Positions 40,439 to 53,010 of a DNA stretch of 64,000 bases are shown here, one piece after another. Every line of letters begins with the position of its first letter. The stretch's first letter is position 1. Origin of the DNA: Octopus vulgaris. Taxonomy: Eukaryota. The stretch is from the NCBI GenBank assembly GCA_951406725.2, contig OX597832.1, forward strand, positions 13,826,001 through 13,890,000. The letters run 5' to 3'. Under the pieces are notes generated by a model. It did no database searches. It was not told where the DNA came from and saw only the letters and a program-made list of their open reading frames with translations. A program made the position numbers and the translations under genes.

Positions 40439-41018
40439 TTTTCTACAGATACCTTATACCGTAGGGTGTAGGGACCCATCCTTGCTGGTTATGTCCCAAT
40501 GTTCAGTGATATACATTATTAGTTACTATAAGAGCCCTCCTTGTCCAATGTAATGACTTAACTATTTGTAATGCACATAGAAAGTGTACGACATTCCGAA
40601 ATAATACTCGGTGAACGCTAGCGTACTGCTGATCCTCTATATGACTCGTGAAACATGGCAAACCTATTGAGATGGATTTCCTACATTTTGCATGTTTTAG
40701 TAAATCTTATACACAAATCTTTTTATATGTATAGCCTTGTAAAATATTGTTTCTCATTCTATCCATTTGTGTATATAACTCGAATTTCCTTTTATCTATT
40801 GCAATTTTCGGATCATTGAATGGTAACACTTCTGTAAAGAACGAAATACATGGTAAGGATCAATTATAGCACCCGTCGTCTTGAACATGGTCTGATGAAG
40901 GAAGTAGTTCTAGAGAATTCATGAATATATGCTATAACACGACCGTGGACTACGTAGTCTTAAAAGTTTAACTGATCCGGTAGTTTTTTAAAAACAGTCT
41001 TGTAATCTATAAGAATTA

Positions 41019-42140
41019 TATTGGTTTGACAAGAAAGTAATTTCGTTTTTCGCAAATAGATTTCCTTTTGAATGAATTTTTTCAATGTTATGATTTTTTG
41101 GCTTTTGACATTTGATAGGCGTTACATTTAGTTTAGTTTAGAAGCAAATTGCGCGTAATTTTGTTTACACCTGTTTGTTCAGTGTTTTAACATGGTGTGT
41201 AAAAACGAACATTTTTGCGATAGTTTGCATTTTTATTTCCGTAAAGATAACAAATCTGTTGAGGCTCTCAAAGATATATTTAAGGTTTACGTTTTGACCG
41301 TTTAACAGAAGGCACATGTCAGAAATGGTTTTAAAAATTCCGTTCCGAAAGATGACCAACATTCTCGTCGACGTACTGAAGTTGATGATGACCGAATCAA
41401 AACAATAACTGATTTGAGAGATTGCAGAGAGGTTAAATGTATCACACACTTCAATTGAAAATCACTTAAAATATCTTGGACATGTTAAAAAGTTCGATAT
41501 TTGAGAACCCCATAAATTGAAAGAGACTGCTTAACACTTAACACTTAATATTTGTGATACGCATCTCAAACGCAATGGAATAGACCCTTTCTTGAAAAGA
41601 ATCTGGTGATGAGGAATGGATTATCTACAATAACCTCACTCGAAACACTCATGGTCGAAGCGAAATGAACCAGCAGAGACTATATCGAAAGGTGAATCGC
41701 ATAAAGAAAAGGCCCGGGATTACAAAGGTGTTTTGCATCTTGAGCTGCCCCGAGGAACCAAACGATCAATTAAGAAGTTTAATGTCAACAACTAATGAAA
41801 CTGGAGGAAGCAATCAAATAAACGCTGCCAGAAATGACAATTCGTAAAGGAATCGTGTTCCAGCATGACAACGCTGGACGACACACGTTTTACAAACTCC
41901 TGAAACATTATTGGAGCTTGATTGGGAAGTGATGACACATCCACCGTATAGCCCTGCCCTTGCATTATTAGAATACCATTTATTTGGAGGTTTGCAAAAT
42001 TCTTTGAATGATGGCTTGAAATCGCACTTCCTTCAGGATTTGGCTGATAAGGACCAGAAATTCTATGGGCGTGGAATCATGAAGTTGCCAGATAGACGGC
42101 AAAATGTCATTGATTAAAGGTCATTCTTTGTATTCTATCT
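41019..42140 (+). mobile_element. Degenerate mariner transposon
   Basis: Left TIR tattggtttgacaagaaagtaatttcgtttt; motifs QKWF*KFRS, GDEEWIIYNN, FQHDNAGRH, WEVMTHPPYSPAL, GIMKLPDRRQNVID; right TIR not recognisable. Confidence 0.8.
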
Positions 42141-43062
42141 TACAACTCCCTAAATACGAACAAACACATACTCCTGTACATGACACTAGGTGACCACGCA
42201 GGAAGAGAGGAACACCTTTGTTTTGTACGGCATGATAGCAGTGAAAGTGTTTCAATATGATATTATACATGTATATCTACATCGTTGAGTATGTATGAAC
42301 GTATACATATGCCTGGATGTGTACGTATAAATTCTCGTACGGGTCCAGATTTCGTTGCGTGCCTATGAGTGATTGAATGCCAACGCAAATATTAGATACT
42401 TGCGAATGGGATTTCAAGTACACCACTTATCACTGTCCAAAGAATAAGTTAATAACGAATACCCATTTCTCTGCCTAAGATCGTGGTTTTGAAGCCATTT
42501 TTATAAACATTCAAAGTATGTGGTAACACGCAGTTCACCTCTGATATACGTCAGAATTTACCTATACCTTGATATTATTACAGTTATTATTGTTATTGTT
42601 TTTGTCTACATAGCTTCTGAGTCATGTGTAGGTACCTGTCCAGTTCTGTGAATGTACGACTGTGTATTTGTGTATACTTCTGTTTGTAATGATTCGGTAG
42701 TCTCCATCACCCTACTCGTTTTGTAAGATATTATATTTTGCACAAGCCATCTATAAACTTCAATCACAGAAATGTAGTTTTGTATAAGTTGGATTATACA
42801 TTGGAGAAATACAACACTACGTTTTGCATTATTCTCTGTAAACGCTGAAGAGATAAATCGAAAATATTATAAATTATAGCTAAATGCATGTACAATAGTT
42901 TCAGTCGATTTACTAAAACACATATATTTTTGAAAATTAAAACAGCTATTCTGTATATATAATTTTTTCTTACGTTGTTCGTATTGTATACACTTCTCCA
43001 TTATGATGCTTGGTGGCTTTCCTCTAACCACACAGAGTAGAGGTTTGGAATATGTATGTTCC

Positions 43063-43297
43063 TTATTTCTTTATTGCCAACAAAAGGCTAAACATAGAGG
43101 GGACAAACAAGGACGGACAAAGGGATTGAGTCGATTACATCGACCCTAGTGTATAACTGGTACTTAATTTATCGACCCCGAGAGACTGAAAAGAAAAGTT
43201 GACCCCGGCGTAATTTGAACTCAAAACGTAACGGCGGACGAAATACCGCTAAGCATTTTGCCCAGTGTGCTAACGTTTCTGCCAACTCGCCACCTTC
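43063..43297 (-). mobile_element. SINE family B
   Basis: Full-length reverse-complement copy. Confidence 0.85.
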
Positions 43298-43385
43298 ATG
43301 TGGAATGTGTATGTTCCTAATGAGCCTTAACATTTGTTTCTGTGTTTAAACTTACAAGTTCACTATCATATTACAATAAAATGTT

Positions 43386-43486
43386 ATTACACTGACGTAT
43401 ATATGCATGTAAATGTATATAAATGTATAAATATCTACATATACTTACACACACACATTTATATGTATATATTTGTGTGTATATGA

Positions 43487-43559
<73 letters not shown>

Positions 43560-43565
43560 TTTCTG

Positions 43566-43602
<37 letters not shown>

Positions 43603-43900
43603 ATATAACTAGAGAGATAGAGAGAGATATATGTGTATGTATGTGTATATATATTTATATATATATATTCATTTTATTACACTGGCGTATATATGCATGT
43701 AAATGTATATAAATGTATAAATATCCACATATACTTACACACACACATTCATATGTATATATTTGTGTGTATATGAGTATATATATATGTCCGTTTCTGC
43801 GTATATATATATATAAATATATATATATATATTAATATAACTAGAGAGATAGAGAGAGATATATGTGTGTGTATGTGTATATATATATATATTCATTTTT
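43386..43900. repeat. About 290-bp tandem duplication of microsatellite-rich sequence
   Basis: attacactg.cgtatatatgcatgtaaatgtatataaatgtataaatatc at about 43386 and 43676; attaatataactagagagatagagagagat also duplicated. Confidence 0.85.
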
Positions 43901-44417
43901 TTTAACGAAGGATTATATGAAATATTTATAGCTATTTCCACCATAAAGCTCACGTTTGTTTGCCTTTCTATTTCTTATTTTGCCGTAATTCATTCCAAAC
44001 ATAGGAATGTTCCAGAAAAGGAAGCCCTTGACATTTGACCCGGTCACCATATATTCAGAATCTACATAATAGCATTGTCTACGAAAATAAGATAAATGAT
44101 ATAGTGCTCCTCTATATGCGATCATAGGAGAAAATATATCGATGCATATATAATTCTCTGTGCATAGGGTTATGTAATTCGGTACATCTTTCAGAGAAAA
44201 TATGTATTTATATTTATGCGTTGCCTTTTATTATGCTTATGTAATTTTTTCTATTATATTCCATATGTATATTATTACATTATCGCGAAATATATGAATC
44301 TACTTTTAAGTTGAGCGATTTGCAACAGTTTGAGCAACGAAATATTTGGGTTATTTATCTGAATTCGTATGATCGTGTCTGTTAGTGTCCGTTTTCCTCT
44401 ATGTCTGTGTATGTATG

Positions 44418-44451
<34 letters not shown>

Positions 44452-44584
44452 TGTATGTATGTATGTATCTATCTATCTATCTATCTATCTATATGTAAGT
44501 TGGGTACAAAAATTCAGGGTGAATACTTGATAATTGTAAGCACCTGTATATACCATTTGGTGGTGTAGGTGGTAGTAATTGTGC

Positions 44585-44662
44585 GCGGCTGAAGAAGGCC
44601 ATAGACACACATTATGCGTTGTTATAAATCCGTCTAATAAAGGCCCGAAACATATGTACCGC
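44585..44662 (+). ncRNA. Type I hammerhead ribozyme (canonical core) in a solitary Penelope-like tail
   Basis: GCGG-CTGAAGA-AGGCC...GGCCC-GAA-ACATATGT-A-CCGC; predicted cleavage after 44658. Confidence 0.75.
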
Positions 44663-44792
44663 TGAATCCTTGGCATCATGTATCTATATGTATGTATGTA
44701 TATATAATATGTATATATGTATAAGTATGTGGAATATATTACATACGTATATATATTCACATGCAACACGTGTTGCTAGATAATTATATTTG

Positions 44793-44842
<50 letters not shown>

Positions 44843-45531
44843 CATATAGGTATATATGTGTGTGTGTTTGTGCGTGTTTTTTGTGTGTGTGTGTGTGTCT
44901 ATCTGTCTGTGCGATAGAAAGCTGCGAGTGATAAAGAGAATTCTGAGAAGTAGTGAGGAAACGTGATAAGAGATGACAGTTAGACAGTTAGACACATAGA
45001 GATATTGTTTATAAAAATTTCCGTTCGAATTTTAATGACAGTGAATTGAATTGAATTGTCGACACATTGGTAGATATTTGCGTGTACGTAACACTAGATA
45101 GGGTACATTGTGACACAACACGTTATACAGAAATGTAGAAGCAATAAAGAAATAGAAAAGAAAGAAAGGAAACAAAAACTGACTGAACAATAGCGAATTG
45201 AGAATGATACATAAAATTTGACTTGAAATAGAAATGAATAAGTAAATAAATCCATCAACAAATAATCGAAACATTTGCACGAACAAAGCAATGAAGAGAA
45301 AGCAATATACGTAACTCAGTTTTAATCGCAGGAGCAAAGAAAAAGCTATATTAAGATGAATAAATATGAAAGGCAAAAGAAAAAAAAAAATATTAAGTTT
45401 CTTATATCTTGGTGAAATGTGAGGAAATGAAATGACATCGGCTTCATATGAAGCGGCTTAAAATTTAATTATTATTCAATGGTTGAAACCGTATAAAACG
45501 CAACACGTCTATATTGAATGAATTGCTGCAA

Positions 45532-45569
45532 TGATGATGATGATGATTATGAAGATGATGATGATGATG

Positions 45570-45628
<59 letters not shown>

Positions 45629-45655
45629 AAGAAGAAGAAGAAGCAGAAGAAGACT
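45532..45655. repeat. (GAT)n-(AAT)n-(AAG)n compound microsatellite
   Basis: Direct inspection. Confidence 0.9.
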
Positions 45656-46545
45656 AAGAAACAAGTGAGAATCTGATGGCAACTGTGAAGATGATTAGGA
45701 AAGATATTGGCATGGAATTTAGGACCGAGAAATATGTTGTAATGATACTCAAAAGGGGTAAATTAGTAAAAGCCATGTGCTTCAGCTTGAAAGTGGCGAA
45801 ACTACAAAGGAATAAGTACCTGGGTATCATTGAAAGACATAAGGTGAATGAAGACAAGATCAAATGTACAGGAATGCGCATATGAGGAGAACACGGCTTG
45901 TGCTATAATCAAACCTAATTGGCCGTTATGATATTAGAGGAAATAATGAAAACGTGGGTGGTTGCTTTGACCGGAGAACATAAATTAATTACAATGAACA
46001 AGGAACTATACCCCATGTGTGATGTGTTAAGATTGTATGTAAAGAGGATATAAGGCGGACGGGGTTTTATGAAAGACCAGAGAGAGCAGATGAAAAAAGC
46101 TTTGGCAGGCCAAGAAAATGCAGTTCTTGAAGAATAAAGATGAGATTGGAATAGAACCTGACAATAGCTGCAGAAATTAGACTTAAAAGGTCCCACTGAG
46201 GCATTAGTGTGCAGCACTCAATGACAAGCTCTCAGAACAAACTACTCCAAATATCATATTGACAAAAGCACTGACTCATCAGATGTGCTCTGAGAAGGGG
46301 GAAAGTTTAAGTATATTGTTAGTGAGTGCTGTAAGTTCGCACAACGCGAATACAAAAGGAGACACGACAATATGGCCAGATATATTCACTGGTTGTTTTG
46401 CGGTAAAGTAAACCTCGAGAAAGTCGACAAACGGTATGAACACAAGCCAGAGGGAATAAAGGTAAAAAAAAAACATTACAAAATACTCTTTGATTTTAGC
46501 ATACAGTACGACCAAGTCAGAGGCAAGGCGGCCAGATATCCGAGA
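45656..46545 (+). mobile_element. R4/Dong-like non-LTR retrotransposon remnant
   Basis: DIGMEFRTEK, KYLGIIE, LYVKRI*GGRG, QALRTNYSKYHIDK, YKRRHDNMARYIHW, KILFDFSIQ, ARRPDI; adjacent to (TAA)n. Confidence 0.8.
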
Positions 46546-46964
46546 GTATCTGAGAATAACAATAATAACAAAAATAACAAGAGACAAGTATAGAAAGATC
46601 ACTGATTACATGAATGTTGTGAATAACGAGGTTGAAAAAAATCACCAACTACACCGAATTGAAAGAAGAAATGTGAAGACTGTATTGAATGGGAGAGTGT
46701 AATGTAAAACTGATGCCAGTAGTATCGGAAGTGGCACAACAAGAATACAAAAGACACCATCAGAATATGCCAAGAATGATTTACTGGGAGATCAGTGGAA
46801 ATCACAGGTTACGAAGAGCAACGACGTGATAAGAGAAAACTCCAGAAGGAGGCATCGAAAATGAGAATTGTAAAGGGACATGCTCAACTGATTAAGGTGA
46901 AGCAACTGACAATCAAATGTATACTATTGAGCAGAATATTTGCTGTAGCCCATCTTTTATATCA

Positions 46965-47072
46965 TTCTTCTTCTTCTTCTTCTTCTTCTTCTTCTTCTTC
47001 TTCTTCTTCTTCTTCTTCTTCTTCTTCTTCTTCTTCTTCTTCTTCTTCTTCTTCTTCTTTTTCTTCTTCTTT
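46965..47072. repeat. (TTC)n microsatellite
   Basis: Perfect trinucleotide run. Confidence 0.95.
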
Positions 47073-47649
47073 TAGCAGTTGTTTGATCACGACTGGGCCC
47101 ACGTTGCTCACCCGTGGGGCAACTGCCGGGCGAGAGACCATGACAAGTTGTTCCAGCCTCAACCACGCCATTCTTATTTCTGATTTTATTTGACATTTCA
47201 TCACTCATGGTGAAGGTTAGTGGATTTTAGTTTCACAACCACCAGTATTATTTTACCGTGACACCATCACTAACAGGAAATCCACCCTAGGGTATAAGAT
47301 TCCTGTAATCCTGCTTTACCTTTTAGAGATTTCATCCCCTTCAACGGGTATTCAAGCGTTATGATTGCTTCTGCCTCTTAGGTATATACTATTTTGGTGG
47401 CCGTTGCCTTGTAAGAGTACATTAGCCTTTATACAGGTCTGGTTTTTCTTCCTGTATGGTGCCAACATAGAAAGAATCATATACCCTCCTCACAGAGCTT
47501 GTTCTGCGGGTCTGCCGGTTTAGTCACCGACATTCTGCCCATAAAAATAATCTTAAAAAGAGGAGAGGAACAGGAAGAGAGAGAGAGAGAAATGAATAAT
47601 TTCCTCGACCCCAGTTTGGATATCGTGAAGAGTGGGTGAGAGAATGGTT

Positions 47650-48300
47650 GCATCGGCCTCATGGCAAGCCGTCTTCTCATTAGAGTAGCTAGGTCGGAAT
47701 ATTTGAAGATAATAAAAAAAAAGTGAAAAGAGAGAAAATAAATATTTGACTGACTTTCTATAGTGTAGGTAGGTAGGCATATTTGAAGAAGGTAAATAAG
47801 AAAAAGGGGAAAGAAGGAGAAGAAATGTTTACTGATTTTCTTCGGCGTTGTGTTGCTAGCCTCATGGCAAAGCCGTCTTTTCATTAGAGAAACTAGGGAA
47901 GTATATTTGAAGAAGATAAAAAAGGAAAAAAAAATCAAGAATGTAAGGTGAAGAAATTTTTAACAGGCTTTCTTTGGCGTAGCTAGGTAGGAATCTTTGA
48001 AGAAGATAAATGAAAAAAAAAGAGGAAAAGTGGGAGAAGATATTTTTAGCCGTCTTTATTTGGCGTTGTGCTTGCTAGCCTCATGGCAAAGACGTATTTT
48101 CATTAGAGTAGATACGAAGGAATATCCGAAGAAAATAAACAAGAAAAAAAAATAGAAATAAGAAAAGCGAGGTAAGAAATGTTTAAGTGACTTTCTTTGG
48201 CGTAGCTTGGTAGGAATATTTGAAGACGATAAATAAAGGAAAAGAGGGAGAATAAACGTTAAACTAACTTTCTTTGGTGTTGTGATGCTGCTAGCGTCAT
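47650..48300. repeat. Diverged tandem repeat, about 215-bp period, built from two related subunits
   Basis: gcctcatggcaaagccgtcttttcattagag recurs at about 47656, 47859 and 48078; agctaggtaggaatatttgaagaagataaa recurs six times. Confidence 0.75.
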
Positions 48301-48900
48301 TGTAATTAACATTATAATTAACATCATCATAATCATCATCATCGTTTATTACATGAGTTTCCCTTCATCAACTAAATGTCTGTTTTTTAAAAACATTTTA
48401 TGATATGCATATCTTAAGGAAGAGAGTTATGTGTCACTTTGTGAAAACGTTGAAAGTGTTTAAAAGCCCTGAGTAGTATCATTCTTGTCAGAAGAATTCT
48501 CCATAATCTACACAGCCATTTGTTTATAAACACAGTGCCACTAAAACAGACATCTACATCAGTATGTAAATTGACTAAAGAGCGATTATGTCACGAAGTT
48601 ACAGCACATTCTCTTCCTTGAATTCAAACGTCACACACCTGGTAGTTGTAGCAGATTTTGCGAGATTAACATAAAGAAGAAAGCAACATACGTAACAACA
48701 GTAATTGAAACAAAAATATCTGTAACATAACCAATGTTAGTAGCAGTTCCGCAACAGAGAACGACAAGTCGACCACAGAAATATCAGCTTAAATCAGAAA
48801 CAGTAAGAAAGGCTGCATCAGCGGTAGTAATAGTTGAGTTGGTAAATGGAACAGCGATAGCAACAGAAGCGACAACAGCAACAATAATAACAAAAACGTT

Positions 48901-49089
48901 ATAGGCGCAGGAGTGGCTCATAGGCGCAGGAGTGACTGTGTGATAAGTAGCTTTCCTGCTTACAAACCACATGGTTCCGGGTTCAGTCCCACTGCATGGC
49001 AACTTGGGCAAGTGTCTTCTACCATAGCCTCGGTCCGACCAAAGCTTTGTGAGTGGATTTGGTAGACGGAAACAGAAAGAAGCCCGTCG

Positions 49090-49166
<77 letters not shown>

Positions 49167-49240
49167 GACATCGCTTGGCAATTGATGTTGGTGTGTTTAC
49201 GTCTCTGTAACTTAGCGGTTCGGCAAGAGGGACCTATATT
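48901..49240 (+). mobile_element. SINE family A (head, internal microsatellite, body; 3' end missing)
   Basis: ataggcgcaggagtggct head duplicated (19 bp); ggttcagtcccactgc B-box; body gtgtttacgtctctgtaacttagcggttcggcaa. Confidence 0.88.
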
Positions 49241-49244
49241 CTCT

Positions 49245-49350
49245 GTAAGCCTAGTACTTATTCTATCGGCCTCTCTTGCCGAACCGCTAAGATACAGGGA
49301 CGTAAACACTCCAGCATCTGTTGTCAAGCGTTGTTGGGGGGTAAAAAACA
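49245..49350 (-). mobile_element. SINE family A body (head lies at 51630-51796, separated by a Helitron)
   Basis: Reverse complement of the 49165-49230 body. Confidence 0.75.
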
Positions 49351-49852
49351 GACACATACACATACGCGCACACACATACACATACACACACACATACACA
49401 CACACACATACACACACACATATATACATACATATCTCTATATATAAAACTGAAATGCGTTTTTACCGCTTGGTTCGCTTTCAATGCCACTACATCCCGT
49501 CCGATTCGCTCCAAAATTTACAGGGACATGTAGAATGAGGTGACGATGCGCGTGGGCTACCTTAGAAATCCCTATCTTAAAAGGTGTGGTTGCTAGGGGC
49601 CATCTTCCTACCTCACCCTATTTCCTCCAGTACTCTGTCACTCCTCTTCATTTGACAATGCAACTACCGTTATTTAACGTAAAGTCTTCCTCAAATCACT
49701 TTGTCGCTATTTACTCTCTTCCAAGAACATTTTCACTCACTCTATCTCTTACCTTCCTATACATTTTACTCATGTATCTATCAGCGTTCAGGGACAGTAA
49801 CAAATATTACATCGCCATCCCCATCGCCATCGCATTCTATTGTCTACCTGTC

Positions 49853-49896
<44 letters not shown>

Positions 49897-50013
49897 CATA
49901 TATCTAATATTATATTTTTATTTTTATGTTTTTGTTTTATGTTTTTGTTTTTGGTTTTTTACTGTTTCATTTCCCTATTAGTGGTTTTATCTCTAATTTA
50001 ATTTCTACAGCGT

Positions 50014-50078
<65 letters not shown>

Positions 50079-50324
50079 TATGTGGCCCCAGTACACCCGA
50101 ATGAAATCGGGTTCTCTTCATCAAAATGTGAAAAGGGGTCTACAATTATCATCGCCACAACTTATGTATGTCTTCCTCACTCACTCACTCTTTTTCCTAA
50201 TGATAATTATCATCGCCACCACCAACACCACCAACACACAATCTGGACAATCTTTCTCTTATAACAAATCATGTTTACATTGCAACGGCGTCTGCCACCT
50301 CCGCTGTCTCTATTTATTCTGCAA

Positions 50325-50522
50325 ATGACCAGAACTCGGGAAACTTGGTTTAGTGTTCTATGGTCTATGACCAGAACTCGGAAAACTTGGTTGAGTGTTC
50401 TATGGTCTATGACCAGAACTCGGGAAACTTGCTTGACTGTTCTATGGTCTATGACCAGAAATCGGGAAACTTGGTTGAGTGTTCTATGGTCTATGACCAG
50501 AACTTGGGAAACTTGGTTGAGT
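50325..50522. repeat. 42-bp minisatellite, about 4.7 copies
   Basis: atgaccagaactcgggaaacttggttgagtgttctatggtct at 50325, 50367, 50409, 50451, 50493. Confidence 0.92.
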
Positions 50523-51210
50523 CCTCATCTTATAAAATGTGGCCCCAGTAGACCCAAATGAAATCGGGTTATATTAACCAAAAGGTGAAAAGGGGTATAA
50601 ATGGGGCTGGAAGGGGATTAAAATTTAAAGGAGCGGGTGTTTAGCAATTCTCTGTTACATCAAGCTAAAAAATTTGCTCCAGCCTTTTAATCGTCAATGT
50701 GTTGCCGTCCATGATGAAGAAGTTTTGAATGCTTGCCATCGTGAGTCTACTGTCGTGAGAAAGAATCAAGGCAAAACTTGGTTTTTAGGGATTTTCTTTT
50801 ACATCAAGTTAAAAATTTTACGCCAGCCGTTGAACTGTCAATACGTTGCTGTCCGTCGTTAAGAAATGCCAGCCATGGTGACTCTACTATCCTCAAATTC
50901 TATCCCTTCAAACTTTGGTTTCCAATATTTTATTATTTTTATTCAGCTCGCAAGTTCGTCTGTCCCTTTTAAATGTTAGTGTTTTGCTGTCTGTCTTGAA
51001 GCAGACCTTTCCTTTGTAACTGCCTGCTATTTATGATTGATCTTTCTAAATATTTTATTTCTCAACTTACTCAAGATCTTTTGTTGTTTATAAATGGGAG
51101 AGAGATACATAAAGATAGAGAGTAAGAGAAAGCGAGGGAGAGTCCGAGAGAAAGGAAGAGTAAGAGAGTGGGAAAGTGAGAGAGAAAGGAGAAAGAAACA
51201 AAGAGGGAGA

Positions 51211-51525
51211 ATCATCATCATCATCATCATCGTTTAACGTCCGTTTTCCGTGCTAGCACGGGTTGGACAGTTTGACAGGGGTCTGGGAAGCCAGGAGGCT
51301 GCACCAGGCTCCAGTCTGATCTGGCAGTGTTTCGACAGGTGGATGCCCTTCCTAACGCCAACCACTCTGTGAGTGTAGTGGGTGCTTTTTTCGTGCCGCC
51401 TGCACAGGTGCCAGCGGGGCTGGCAGCGGCCACGATCGGTTGGTGCTTTTTACGTGCCACCAGCACAGAAGCCAGTCAAGGCGGCGCTGCAATCCGCCAC
51501 GTTCGGATGGTGCTTTTTACGTGCT
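51211..51525 (-). mobile_element. RTE-related short non-autonomous element with (GAT)n tail
   Basis: Minus strand ggttggcgttaggaagggcatcc...ccaacccgtgctagcacggaaaacggacgttaaacgatgatgatg; internal ggtgctttttacgtgc occurs three times. Confidence 0.6.
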
Positions 51526-51591
51526 GAAAGGAAGCAACAGAAAGTAACAACCACACTCTTACCCGCGCGTAGAGCGGGTCACCTTCAGCTA

Positions 51592-51629
<38 letters not shown>

Positions 51630-51631
<2 letters not shown>

Positions 51632-51796
51632 GACAGGCTTCTTTGAGTTTCCGTCTACCAAATTCACTCACAAGGCTTTGGTTGACTCAAGGCTATGGTA
51701 GAAGAGACTTGCCCAAGGTGCCACGTAGTGGAACCGAACCCAGAACCATGAGGTTGGTAAGCAAGCTTCTTACCACGTAGCCACTCCTGCGCCTAT
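51630..51796 (-). mobile_element. SINE family A head
   Basis: Reverse complement of 48920-49090. Confidence 0.85.
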
Positions 51797-52617
51797 TCTG
51801 TATCAAGGACTATACACAGAGTGCTCTGTCATCATCATCGTCATGTACATCATCGTCATCATCACCATCATCTTCCTCCTCATTGTCATCAACATCATCA
51901 CTATTATCTTTACAGTTAGATAAATTACATTCAGGTAATCATTTGGATACATTGTGTTCCCTGTTCAAAAATTCGTTGGTGTAGGTGTTTTATTTCCTCT
52001 TGTTTAGAGTAATAGGACTGATGCTCTGTTGTTTTTGGTTTTCTTTTTTCTAAGATTTCGAATTTTGTTCACACAAGTGTCATATCACTTCCATCAGGTT
52101 TAGGCGATACTTGTACGATGTCCCTCAAGTATTTATGTCTTCAACGAAGGAGAATAAAAAGCAACACAGTTCTTTGCTTCACCGGCATTCACGATTTTCG
52201 TATTTTTGTATTTTTATTCTCTTACTCTTACATATTATGTCGGGGAATTGAAAAATATTGAATACTACCAGGACATTTATTATGAAGACGCTGAAATAGA
52301 ATTCACTTTAAATTCACGTTAAACTCAGGCGTGGAAATAGCTGTGTAGTAATGTTGTAGGTTTGACAAATACGGTGTGTAATAAAAGAAGTGCAGAGTTA
52401 ATTCTATAACTTATTCAAGAGAAACAATGTTAAAGAATACGTCATCTTTGAAATAAAGCGGGGCTTTGATTTTACAGTATAAATTATCAATTTAATTTAT
52501 TGTTTAAGAATAGATTTATACCCAAAAGTCAACGTATATTAGAGGTATATATGTGGAATATCACATCTTTAAAATAAATTACAGAGACAATTATTTTCCC
52601 TTTAATATTTTTATATT

Positions 52618-53010
52618 AGGGCAGCGAGATGGCAGAATCATTAGCATGCCGGGCGAAATGATTAGCGGCATTTTGTATGCCGTTATGTTCTGAGTTCAAA
52701 ATCCGCCGAGATCGACTTCGCCTTTCATCCTTTCGGATCGACAAATTATGTAGCAGTTGCGTACTGGTTCGATATAATCGACCTAATCAGTTTGTCTGTC
52801 CTTGTTTGTCTTCTCTGTGTTTAGCTCCTCCAGGGTAGTAAAGAAATAGAAATAGGTATTTTGTATTCCGTTTATGTTCTGAGTTTAAATACTACCGAGG
52901 TCGACTTTGCCTTCCATTCATTCGGGGGTCGATTAAATAAGAACCAGTTACGCACTGGAGTTGATGGAATCGACTTAATCCCATTGTCTGCCTTTGTTTG
53001 TCGCCTCTAT
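52618..53010 (+). mobile_element. Two tandem SINE family B copies (second one 5'-truncated)
   Basis: Core gcctt.catc.ttc..ggtcga present at about 52720 and 52909. Confidence 0.8.

Larger units (their letters stand above)
49435..51592 (+). mobile_element. Non-autonomous composite Helitron (about 2.16 kb)
   Basis: Begins A|TCTCTATATATAAAAC; ends with hairpin ACCCGC-GCGTAGA-GCGGGT then CTAG|T; splits a SINE family A copy. Confidence 0.75.

Noticed and set aside
40890-40975. ctgatgaagg motif, with similar decayed motifs at about 21880 and 25375
   Set aside because: No matching GAAA/stem III or intact core; at most dead Penelope tail remnants.
42843-42880. ctgaagagataaatcgaaa hammerhead-like core
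   Set aside because: Core and stem II fit, but no stem I pairing can be formed.
50325-50522. CRISPR-like regular repeat, and the repeat ORF WSMTRTRETWLSVL
   Set aside because: Head-to-tail 42-bp units with no unique spacers and no cas genes, in eukaryotic context; frames stay open only because 42 is a multiple of 3.
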